Shown in pieces: positions 1 to 7,876 of a stretch of DNA of 64,000 nucleotides (its first letter is position 1; each line of letters begins with the position of its first letter). The stretch comes from an uncultured Chloroflexia bacterium (lineage in GTDB: Bacteria > Chloroflexota > Anaerolineae > Anaerolineales > Anaerolineaceae): NCBI GenBank assembly GCA_963820415.1, contig CAWFZT010000004.1:261344-325343 (forward strand), read 5' to 3'. The translations under genes and the position numbers were made by a program. The notes beneath the pieces were generated by a model that was given only the letters and a program-made list of their open reading frames with translations, did no database searches and had not been told where the DNA came from.

Positions 1-263
1 TTGGCATAACTGACGCGCGGCTTTCCGGGCAGGGCGATGTCCATGAGCGGTTCCAGGTAACAGGGACCGATGCATCCGACCTGGACAATCCTGGCTAACA
101 AATGGTATTTATACAGCGCCGACTGGATGGCCTGCAGGACTTCCAGCGCGCCCGCAGCTCTGCCGCAGGAAGCTGCGCCGAGATAGATGACTGGAACGCC
201 TCCGTTGACCAGTTCTTCCCACTTTAGTTTAGCTGCGAGGCGGAGATCTTCAAAGTTCTTCAT
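1..263 (-). CDS. NuoF/HydB-type flavoprotein subunit, N-terminal thioredoxin-like [2Fe-2S] domain only (gene continues past left edge)
   Basis: Not in the ORF track because it is open at the window edge. My translation from the ATG at 263 is MKNFEDLRLAAKLKWEELVNGGVPVIYLGAASCGRAAGALEVLQAIQSALYKYHLLARIVQVGCIGPCYLEPLMDIALPGKPRVSYAN. The CG.AAGA...GCIGPC..EP pattern is typical of the N-domain of NuoF-type subunits. The start overlaps the stop of the upstream NuoE-like gene by 14 nt. Confidence 0.5.
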   Translation of the reverse strand, partial: MKNFEDLRLAAKLKWEELVNGGVPVIYLGAASCGRAAGALEVLQAIQSALYKYHLLARIVQVGCIGPCYLEPLMDIALPGKPRVSYA

Positions 264-720
264 GCAAAACCTTCCGCAGCTCTTCGGGAGTCATTTTTCC
301 ATAAATCCTGCCGTCTATTTCTACCACTGGGGCCTGGGCGCAGCAGCCCAGGCAAGCAATTTCCTGGAAGTCGAAGCGAGAATCGGAAGTAGTCTGGCCC
401 GATTTGATACCCATTTGTTTTTGAACTTCCTGGGAAAGCTGCTCTCCGCCCTGGACGTGACAGGCCGTGCCCATGCACACTCGAATTAGTTTCTCGCCGG
501 GTTTCCGGAAGCGGAATTGCGCATAAAAAGAAGCCACGGCGTAGATGTACGTCTCAGAAACTTTTATAAAAAGGGCAATTTGCCTGACGTCCTCTTCTGA
601 GATGTAGCCATGTCGATTTTGACAGAGCTGCAGCATGGCAATCAGCTCGTCCGGCTTTCCGGAAAAGTCCTCCAGCGATAAAGATTGTTCATCTACTAGC
701 AGTAATGTGTCGTCACCCAT
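250..720 (-). CDS. NuoE/HoxE-family thioredoxin-like [2Fe-2S] ferredoxin subunit (NADH dehydrogenase/hydrogenase diaphorase module)
   Basis: 156-aa ORF. It has the four-Cys pattern CMGTACHVQG...CLGCCAQAP and NuoE-like sequence throughout. Confidence 0.8.
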   Translation of the reverse strand: MGDDTLLLVDEQSLSLEDFSGKPDELIAMLQLCQNRHGYISEEDVRQIALFIKVSETYIYAVASFYAQFRFRKPGEKLIRVCMGTACHVQGGEQLSQEVQKQMGIKSGQTTSDSRFDFQEIACLGCCAQAPVVEIDGRIYGKMTPEELRKVLHEEL

Positions 721-859
721 AAAATTCCCAGTGTATGACTCTTATAGAATTAAAAGTATACAACACCAGTATTACCTTGATAGTGACATGCTTCCCTATC
801 ATTTATCCCGATTGAATGGGTTATAAAAAGACAGAAATCACCTGCACCCAGGTGGTGTG

Positions 860-974
860 ATCATTCTACCACGCCCTGAAAACCTGGATGAATGGTATTT
901 CCTCTTTTCCGTGTCACCATACCGGCGGAACAAGTGCAGGGTTTGACCGGATCGTTGTAATAACCGCAAGGGCA
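860..974 (-). pseudogene. comM-like 3' fragment (old target half-site), decays after about 115 bp
   Basis: The minus-strand translation from 974 is CPCGYYNDPVKPCTCSAGMVT. The intact comM at 6286-7805 reads CPCGYFNDPVKACTCSAGTVT. Nucleotide similarity to 6640-6757 ends abruptly at the GGGCA core (970-974). Confidence 0.75.
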
Positions 975-2088
975 GGCATTCCTCATATTACAACCTAAAA
1001 CGCTCGCCATAAAGGCGGTTTAACAGCTTATGGACGGATTGGCGTGATGCAATGCACCTGAGATGCGAGCGACCGATCCGCTATCCGCTGGAGCCGGTGT
1101 TGGGCCCCAGCCTTTCGAATGACTTCAACGATAACACCTTCTTCTGGGCTATAACCATACTATCTTTATGAATACCTGAACTGATTCCTCAATGGACGAA
1201 AAATCTGAAGATAGACGAACCTTCCGAGCTGTCCAAACTTGACCCTCTTGTAATTCTCCTAGTATGGCCCAACCATCAGAACAGCTGTAGTTAACGCGTT
1301 TCCCTTCGAAAGTGGCTGTTGCACCACCCATGAAGATACAATTTGTGCCATCTGCCAGCTCAAATGCCCACGCAGACTTTACGGGTGATACAGTCCCACG
1401 CCCAGGTAATGATTCTGTGAGATTTAGTTTGAAACCAGTGCTGTCACTCAGTGGGCTTGTATCGCATATTACCGCTTGACTATTTCCTGGAATACTAAAG
1501 CAAGGGTCGTAAATAGAGTTGTCTGTCATGCACCGCCATGCGTCAACTCGGTTGAGCACATTTGATGTTGACCAGCAAGAGCCAGTGCGTTCTTGAGTGG
1601 GCACACCCTCGGGGTGAAATACAATGACTTGTGTAGATTCTGATGTTGGGTTTGGTGTGAATGTGGGCGTATACGTTGGCGTAGACGTAACAGCAATTGT
1701 CATAATTATAGTTGTTGCCAGTGTTGAGGATGGCTTTGGTGTCATGGTAGTTTGAGATGGCACTTTTTCTCCTTCCGTTATGGTGCAACCGAAGGTAAAT
1801 AGTAAACAACAGCCTATGAGAAGCCATATCAGATACTTGCTAGGCAGTGAACGCTTGAAAGTGAACTGATGGTTACTTGGTGTCATTGTATTCTCTCCTG
1901 ACAAGCTAGATAGCCACTTTGGTGTAGTGGTATAGCTATAAACACCAACTCATTAGTCCTGGCGCTGGGCCTAACACGCGTATAAGCGGATCGTATAACT
2001 GCTTATAGACGATCCCTATAAAATCCCAATTGGCCGCAACTATCTTTTGGTTATCTCTAGCGTGTTTGGATTGTTATCTGCACGGGCA
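975..2088 (-). mobile_element. att-bounded single-gene module 1 (~1.1 kb), no recombinase gene
   Basis: The left end GGCATTCCTCATATTACAAC plus hairpin (976-1040) is about 75% identical to 2089-2150. The right end (2026-2083, ...TTGGTTATCTCTAGCGTGTTTGGATTGTTATCTGCAC) matches 2986-3042. The module is bounded by GGGCA cores at 970-974 and 2084-2088. Confidence 0.6.
1149..1886 (-). CDS. secreted lipoprotein with Thr/Pro-rich linker and Cys-rich C-terminal domain, function unknown (cargo of module 1)
   Basis: ORF 1149-1904. The likely start is the ATG at 1886, preceded by AGGAGAG. It has a signal peptide with lipobox-like LLFTFGC and the linker TPTYTPTFTPNPT. I recognised no family for the C-terminal domain. 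Confidence 0.6.
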   Translation of the reverse strand: MTPSNHQFTFKRSLPSKYLIWLLIGCCLLFTFGCTITEGEKVPSQTTMTPKPSSTLATTIIMTIAVTSTPTYTPTFTPNPTSESTQVIVFHPEGVPTQERTGSCWSTSNVLNRVDAWRCMTDNSIYDPCFSIPGNSQAVICDTSPLSDSTGFKLNLTESLPGRGTVSPVKSAWAFELADGTNCIFMGGATATFEGKRVNYSCSDGWAILGELQEGQVWTARKVRLSSDFSSIEESVQVFIKIVWL

Positions 2089-2321
2089 GGAATACCTCAT
2101 ATTACAACGTAGAGCGCTCACCTTATTGGTGGCTCAACGGCTTATGGGTAGATGGGCGGGAGGGACGACGGTATCAGCATTGGTGGACGGTCGTAGTCCT
2201 TCGTTGGGACTCTACGCACCACTCGAACACGGGTGGCACCTGCGGCAGTAGTGTCCGACCTGACGAATCGAAGGCCAGCCCCTCGTAGGACGAGAAGAGA
2301 CTCTTTCGAGTTACTGGGTCA

Positions 2322-2663
2322 TCAGGCTTCGATTTTCTTGATCGTGGTGTCCGCAATCACCGTTTTGATGGCGACCTTCACAGCATCTTCCATGGGATCT
2401 TTGAAGGGCACCTCGATTCGGAGCAGGCCGTTCTCGTAGATCGCTTCGGCTTTGTCAGGTTTCACTGGCCAAGCTAGAGCCAGTGATGAAACATACTCGA
2501 TGTCCCTTGCTGGTGCTGTCAGGTGGATGCTGTCTTCCAGGATCTTCAGATCGATGGTATCCGTTGGCGCTCCTGGGATGGCGAACTCCACTACTAGCTT
2601 CAGGTTCTCATCGTCAGCATACGCTACTGTATTGGGCGCAACCCTAATCCGATTTTGCGGCAT
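2322..2663 (-). CDS. Hsp20/alpha-crystallin family small heat-shock protein (cargo of module 2)
   Basis: 113-aa ORF with an alpha-crystallin domain signature (...AEAIYENGLLRIEVPFK). AAGGAGG lies 7 nt upstream of the ATG. Confidence 0.85.
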   Translation of the reverse strand: MPQNRIRVAPNTVAYADDENLKLVVEFAIPGAPTDTIDLKILEDSIHLTAPARDIEYVSSLALAWPVKPDKAEAIYENGLLRIEVPFKDPMEDAVKVAIKTVIADTTIKKIEA

Positions 2664-2707
2664 ACTGGCAACCTCCTTGTGGTTGGGAACAGCTCAACCT
2701 CGTTAAT

Positions 2708-2736
2708 ACTATAGCATTGTTGATTTTGCAGGTCAA
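2708..2736 (-). promoter_or_regulatory. near-consensus sigma70-type promoter for hsp20
   Basis: On the minus strand the element reads TTGACC (2736-2731), a 17-nt spacer, then TATAGT (2713-2708). It lies about 45 nt upstream of the hsp20 ATG. Confidence 0.6.
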
Positions 2737-3177
2737 GTACGACGGCCAGGGCCGCCTAACTAGGTGTTCAGCCGCCGTTTGGTGGCTCAACAGCTTATAG
2801 GCCGTTGCGGTCTAATCACCGAAATTAATATAGGCATTAGGCGGTCATAGGTTAAATTCTGAAATATGCTGTTTAAAGTATAACACGGCAGTCAATACCC
2901 CGGAGACAAAATGAACGAACAATTTGCATTATCACCGCACCATTGGACGACCCTTATGACCACCCCGTCTATCTACCAAACTCACGCAATGGGTGCAACC
3001 ATTTCTTGGTTATCTCAAGCGCGTTTGGATTGTTATCTGCACGAGCATGGGTTCATGGCAGCCACAAGAATGTAGTGGTCATAAATGGCACCAAGAAATG
3101 GCTTTTCACTTGGAAGTTGATTTACAGGCTTACAGAGGGCGTCTACCAGACAGTTCGCTGCATCCGGCAGGTGGAAG

Positions 3178-3908
3178 TTAAAAAGAGCGCCTGGTTTCTA
3201 CTATCAACCTGGCGCGAGCGATGATATCAAGCGGCAGTTCACTACCGGGAGGAGTATAGCCAACCGAAGTGATGTGTGTGCCTGGAGAGATCCAGGTGAT
3301 CTCAATCACTGGTGAGATTGAGGTTGTACACAGGCAGATAACATCTGCGCTTTGCACTGCCTCTTCGAAAGACTCCACTGCGTGCGCTTTGGGATTCGAC
3401 TGAGCCAGCTTCTGGTCATCTTCAAAGTAATAGGACGCGATCCTGATCTCTTCAAAGTCTCTAAGCCGAGAACAGATCTTCAAAAGGGAGGCGCCTTGAA
3501 CGCCTGCGTCGATAATGGTCAAAAAAAGCGCATCTTTACGAGACAGGTGCCTGACTGAAAGCGCCGCACAATCTGCGGTTCACATGGCAGTGATATAAGT
3601 GCCATCCATCAAAGCAACCGGTTTCCCCGTGTTCGAGTCGAAGGCGCAGATCAAAGCCTGGTGACCTGGCAAGCCTGATTTGGGATTCTCTGTAAAAACC
3701 GTGATGAGTTTCACAGTGATGACGGCTCCAGGCTGCCAGGTAGGCATGGACATCAGGTATCCCGCATTGGGAATAGTCACCAATTGCGGTTTGGAGCGAT
3801 TGCCTCACCTTTGCTGAGAGCCATAAACCCATCGGCCAGCGAATTTAACAGATCATCCTGATCCAACAGTTCCTGGACTTCTTTCTGATTGAGAAAAAGC
3901 AGTTCCAT
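3178..3908 (-). pseudogene. ornithine cyclodeaminase/mu-crystallin family gene, disrupted and 3'-truncated
   Basis: The N-terminal piece (MELLFLNQKEVQELL...APNRNW) stops at 3777. The frame shifts into ORF 3580-3783. An in-frame TGA at 3580-3582 lies inside the conserved ITA(x)RTAA motif (ITAM*TA), where CGA Arg is expected. The same frame continues as ORF 3178-3522. The C-terminal part of the family is missing. Confidence 0.75.
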
Positions 3909-4103
3909 TTTGTTATCCTGTTGTAAGCAATCTATGGAAATGCGTGCTTGCCTCCCAATTTTAACATTTTAATTCACTAGAACCAATTGAATTATCATGT
4001 GCTATACTGTTTAAGGAAATTTGATCAAGTTGAATTACTTTATAAGGTTTATCTTGTATTTCATTTTCCTATACATGAAAGTCTTCCTTCAGGGGGGTGA
4101 AAT

Positions 4104-5198
4104 ATGTTACAAAACTTTTCAGTCAGACGTTTTTTCAAGTTGGTTCGCCGGCAAGGGGCAGAACGTTACCTCTTGGAGGTTCTATTAAGTTTTGCGCTCT
4201 CGGTGAGTTTGACTCGTTTTTACCTTTCTGTGACGGGTTATCCTCAACTTGGTGGGGGTGAAATGCATATTGCACACGCGTTATGGGGTGGATTACTGCT
4301 CTTTATTGCTGCACTTTTACCCCTACTTTTATCTAATCGCAGAGTATATGGTACAAGTGCGATCATCGCTGGGATTGGCGTAGGTCTCTTTATTGATGAA
4401 GTGGGAAAATTTATAACAAAAACCAACAATTACTTCTATCCTGCTGCTGCTCCTATTGTTTACACATTTTTCATCCTGGCGATCCTGATCTTTTTACGAT
4501 ACAAGCGACCACCGCATATCGATGATCATGCTGAACTCTGCCGGGCGTTGGAAGATGTTCAGGAATTCCTACACCATCCTTTTGGTACTAATTATAGAGA
4601 GGCTATAGAGAAAAGGTTGGCTTATATTGCGCAAAACCTGGAATCAGGAGCACATGCCAGGTTAGCCTTACAAATGCTCGATTTTGTTCGAGCTGACGAG
4701 CGTCCGGTTCCTATTGTAAGATTAACCTGGCACCAGAGAGTTTTGAATCGCATTTCCCATTGGATGACGGCTGAGCGGGAAAAAGTTTTTCTGATCATGG
4801 GTTTAGCATTATTAGGAATAGTTGCCTTTAAAAACCCAGCGAAGATATTGCTTGCTCGATGGATCAGCCCTTCAAACATAATTGAAAAGGTATTAAGTAT
4901 TACGTTTGGGAGACATATTGAAATTACAGCGTCATTGGAAATGTCGAATGTCAGGGTGATCCTCGAGTTGATGGTGGGAACAATTTTCCTGGTTTCCGTT
5001 ATACTCTTACTTCTGCGGCAGAATAAGACTGGAGTTCTCCTGGCATTTACTGGCTTGTTTATATACTTTACAAGCGCGAATATACTCGTCTTCTACTTCG
5101 AACAATTTTCGACGATTATCATGGTAGCCATTCAATTTGCAGTGTTACTTGGTTTACTCGATTATCAACGTCGAATTTCACGAATCAGATCCACCTGA
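4104..5198 (+). CDS. polytopic membrane protein, unknown function
   Basis: 364-aa ORF with multiple hydrophobic segments. GGGGGTG lies upstream of the ATG. The region is visibly AT-richer than its flanks. Confidence 0.6.
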   Translation: MLQNFSVRRFFKLVRRQGAERYLLEVLLSFALSVSLTRFYLSVTGYPQLGGGEMHIAHALWGGLLLFIAALLPLLLSNRRVYGTSAIIAGIGVGLFIDEVGKFITKTNNYFYPAAAPIVYTFFILAILIFLRYKRPPHIDDHAELCRALEDVQEFLHHPFGTNYREAIEKRLAYIAQNLESGAHARLALQMLDFVRADERPVPIVRLTWHQRVLNRISHWMTAEREKVFLIMGLALLGIVAFKNPAKILLARWISPSNIIEKVLSITFGRHIEITASLEMSNVRVILELMVGTIFLVSVILLLLRQNKTGVLLAFTGLFIYFTSANILVFYFEQFSTIIMVAIQFAVLLGLLDYQRRISRIRST

Positions 5199-5215
5199 TC
5201 ACATTAATTTCTTTC

Positions 5216-5292
5216 CCCAGGCGATTGCCGATCAGCTTATAATATTCGACCCGCGGTACCTGGACGTGGATGTCGATACGATCTGGCAATGA
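5216..5292 (-). pseudogene. short comM-like fragment (encodes ...DRIDIHVQVPRVEY...)
   Basis: A segment of about 77 bp aligns to comM 6596-6672 (ccccaggcg..tcag.t..t.atattcgac.cg.gg.acctgga.gtggatgtcgat). There is no homology on either side. Confidence 0.6.
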
Positions 5293-5340
5293 ATAGTCGA
5301 TGATGACTGATTCCTCTTGGTCAAGCTAGCGATACGCGGT

Positions 5341-6255
5341 TCAGTTTACGTCGAGTTGGCGAAACCCCGCCCGTGGTCCATCCAGGGGCGGCAGGCCCAG
5401 GGCCTGTACTGCCCAGGGTAGAGCCGAAAGAAGCTGTTCGAGCTGGACCTTACGAACCAAGGGCGCCTCTGGAATGATTGGCAGCCCGGCGTGGGCGGCG
5501 AGATATCAACTCAAAAGAGCCGCGAACGGACCGCCTTCCGGTAGAATGGTGTCCGGTGCGGGACCGCCCTCTGCCTCCAGGCTGGGAAGCCAGAACGGCA
5601 GGTCGGCTGAGGGGTTCCCCTGGCAGGTCCAGTTCCAGTCAACTAAGACTACTCTATCCCCCAGAAAGCACAGGTTGTCGCTCCGCACGTCTGTATGGGT
5701 CAGAGCTTCACCGTGCAGGACTTGCTTTCCATCGACTGCCAGCAAGGTGGGTAAGGCGCACTCCAGCCAACCCCGGCTGATAAGCTCCAATCCAAGAAAC
5801 GCTTCTGGCTCATCGGCAACTTCCTTCCAGCCATCTGTAATTGAGAATTGATCTTCCAGGGGTAAGAGACCAGGCAGGGAGAAGGAGGCCAGCCGGACGA
5901 GCATATCCCGAACCAGCCCAATTTGGCGGCTAGTCCAAGGCGGGGGCCAGGCCGCTTCCGAGAGGTCTTCCAGAACGAGGAAGGGAAACTCACCTTTGTC
6001 CTCCCATGCGATCAGGCGGCATAAAAATGGTGCTTCTAGGTTGGTATAGACGGTGTACTCTTTACGCAGCCATTCAGCGGTAAGGTCGGTAGTGGCACAT
6101 TTGATAAATACTGTGTTTCCATCCTGCAAGCGGGCACGCAGACGCAAGGCGGATGTATACCCGCGCCGGATCACGTTAAGGATAGTCAATGGCTGGCTCA
6201 AGGCTCGTTCAAAACGGGCGAATAGGGCGGTAGTAATACGGTTGTCTTGCGACAT
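5341..6255 (-). pseudogene. APH/choline-kinase-type phosphotransferase with an in-frame TGA
   Basis: ORF 5506-6255 carries the kinase motif HTDVRSDNLCF...LVDWNW. After the TGA at 5506-5508 the same frame stays open for 54 more plausible codons (YLAAHAGLPIIPEAPLVRKVQLEQLLSALPWAVQALGLPP...) up to the TGA at 5341-5343. Confidence 0.6.
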
Positions 6256-6285
6256 CTGCAGAAATTTTCTTATGGCAATTCGGGA

Positions 6286-7805
6286 TTATACATCCATCCT
6301 CGGCCGGTATTGCAGCGCCTCCGCCAGGTGCGCCGGAGCTGATCTTCTCGCTGCCGGCCAGGTCGGCGATGGTGCGCGCCAGCTTGAGCACGCGGTGATA
6401 TGCGCGCGCTGAAAGCTGCAACCGCTGCATGGCAGTTTTCATCAGGCTGCGGCAGATATCATCCAGGGCGCAGTACTGGCGCACTTCGGCCGGGTGCATG
6501 TCCGCATTACAGGCAATCCCGGTACCGGTGAAGCGCTGGCGTTGGATCTGGCGGGCTGTTTCGACGCGCTGCTGCACCACGCTGGATTTTTCTCCCAGGC
6601 GGCTGTCGCTCAGTTTCTCATATTCGACGCGTGGCACCTGGATGTGGATGTCGATGCGGTCGAGCAGCGGTCCGGATATGCGCTTTTGATATTTGGTGAC
6701 CGTACCGGCCGAGCAGGTGCAGGCTTTGACCGGGTCGTTAAAATAACCGCAAGGGCACGGGTTCATGGCAGCCACAAGTTGAAAATTAGCCGGAAAAGTC
6801 AGCGACCCCTGGGCGCGGCTGATCGTAACGATCTTATCCTCGATTGGCTGGCGCATCACTTCCAGGACGCGCGGGCCAAATTCGGGCAGCTCATCCAGAA
6901 AGAGCACGCCGCGGTGCGCCAGGGATATTTCGCCGGGATGGGGCCAATTGCCCCCGCCGACCAGCCCGGCGTGAGAAATCGTGTGGTGCGGAGCGCGGAA
7001 GGGGCGCGTCCGCACCAGCGGTACATCCGGCGGTAGCTGGTCTGCCACCGAATAAATGCGGGTAACATCCAGGGCCTCATCGATCGACATGCGCGGCAGG
7101 ATCGCCGGTAGAGCACGAGCAAGTAGAGTTTTACCAGCGCCCGGCGCCCCGACCATAAGACAATTATGCCCGCCGGCTGCTGCCACTTCCAGAGCTCGTT
7201 TTACATGTTCTTGCCCTTTTATATCGCAAAAGTCGGTCTGGACTGACGGGTCAATTTCATCGATCGGGACAGGTAATTGCGGTTTCAAGCGGTGAAACCC
7301 GGTAAGATGGGCGTGCAGTTCAGCCAGGTTGGCGACTGGTATGACCTCCAGTCCGGGCACCAGGGCAGCCTCGGGCGCGTCGGTTGCGGGCACGATCAGG
7401 CATTTGAAGCCTTCCTGTCGCGCCAGGGCTGCCATAGGCAGGACGCCGCCGCGTATGGCGCACCGCCCCGTCCAGGGATAGCTCGCCGACAACCAATGTG
7501 CTGGTCACCTGTTCGGGTTCAAGGTCGCCGGTCAGCAGCATCACCCCCAGGGCAATGGGCAGGTCGTAGGCTGGGCCTTCCTTGCGGATTGAGGCTGGCG
7601 CCAGGTTGACCACCAGCCGTTTGCGCGGAATGGTCAGGCCGGCATTTTTGATGGCCGCCTGGACGCGGTTGCGCGACTCCTGCACGGCTTTGTCCGGCAG
7701 GCCGACAATGTCCATGCCGGGCAGGCCTGGACAGGTATCCACTTCGACCTCGACGACCACGCCGTCCAGACCGATAACCGCACAGGAATAGACACGCGAA
7801 AGCAT
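6286..7805 (-). pseudogene. comM: comM (YifB/Mg-chelatase-like AAA+ protein), full length but with two frame disruptions
   Basis: ORFs 7320-7805 and 6209-7492 overlap in different frames. The junction ...GELSLDGAVR/IRGGVLPMAALA lies near 7452-7462. It has a Walker A motif (GAPGAGKT) and the MNPCPCG motif. Near 6331-6337 a second shift replaces the expected C-terminus ISSAHLAEALQYRPRMDV* (stop at 6286-6288), which is readable in the adjacent frame. Confidence 0.8.
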
Positions 7806-7876
7806 GGGTTAAGTGTAGATGAGGGCCCTTGAAATGTCAAATTACAGCGCAGTCTGACTCTGCCGGGCTGGTTTAC

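Larger units (their letters stand above)
2089..3047 (-). mobile_element. att-bounded single-gene module 2 (~0.96 kb), no recombinase gene
   Basis: It shares both conserved ends with module 1. It is bounded by the GGGCA core (2084-2088) and the GAGCA core (3043-3047). A 23-bp comM-like stub follows (3048-3070, encoding LVAAMNP). Confidence 0.6.

Noticed and set aside
2030-2251. The plus-strand ORF spanning junction A shares the peptide ATI.WLS.A.LDCYLH with an unlisted 54-aa ORF at 2911-3075
   Set aside because: The shared peptide is simply the translation of the conserved element arm (2044-2083 versus 3003-3042). Downstream of the core the two ORFs are unrelated, and neither has an SD. I treat this as DNA-level conservation, not a gene.
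970-3047. Interpreting the tandem modules as a classical integron cassette array (CALIN), or as IS200/IS605-type elements
   Set aside because: Points in favour are that the modules are single-ORF units of about 1 kb in one orientation, and that two hairpins carry GTTAGGC on the coding strand. Points against are that there is no intI, attI, tnpA or tnpB in the window. The junction-proximal sites read GTTGTAA, which does not fit GTTRRRY. The conserved arms (60-70 bp each) and the 5-bp core in a protein-coding target fit neither model cleanly. I report it as an unclassified att-bounded structure instead.
3580-5508. In-frame TGAs (3580-3582, 5506-5508) as evidence for TGA recoding or selenocysteine
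   Set aside because: TGA clearly terminates many well-supported genes here, for example the NuoE-like gene. Both affected genes sit in a tract with other decay signs. I noticed no SECIS-like context. A nonsense mutation, or a sequence error, is the simpler reading.
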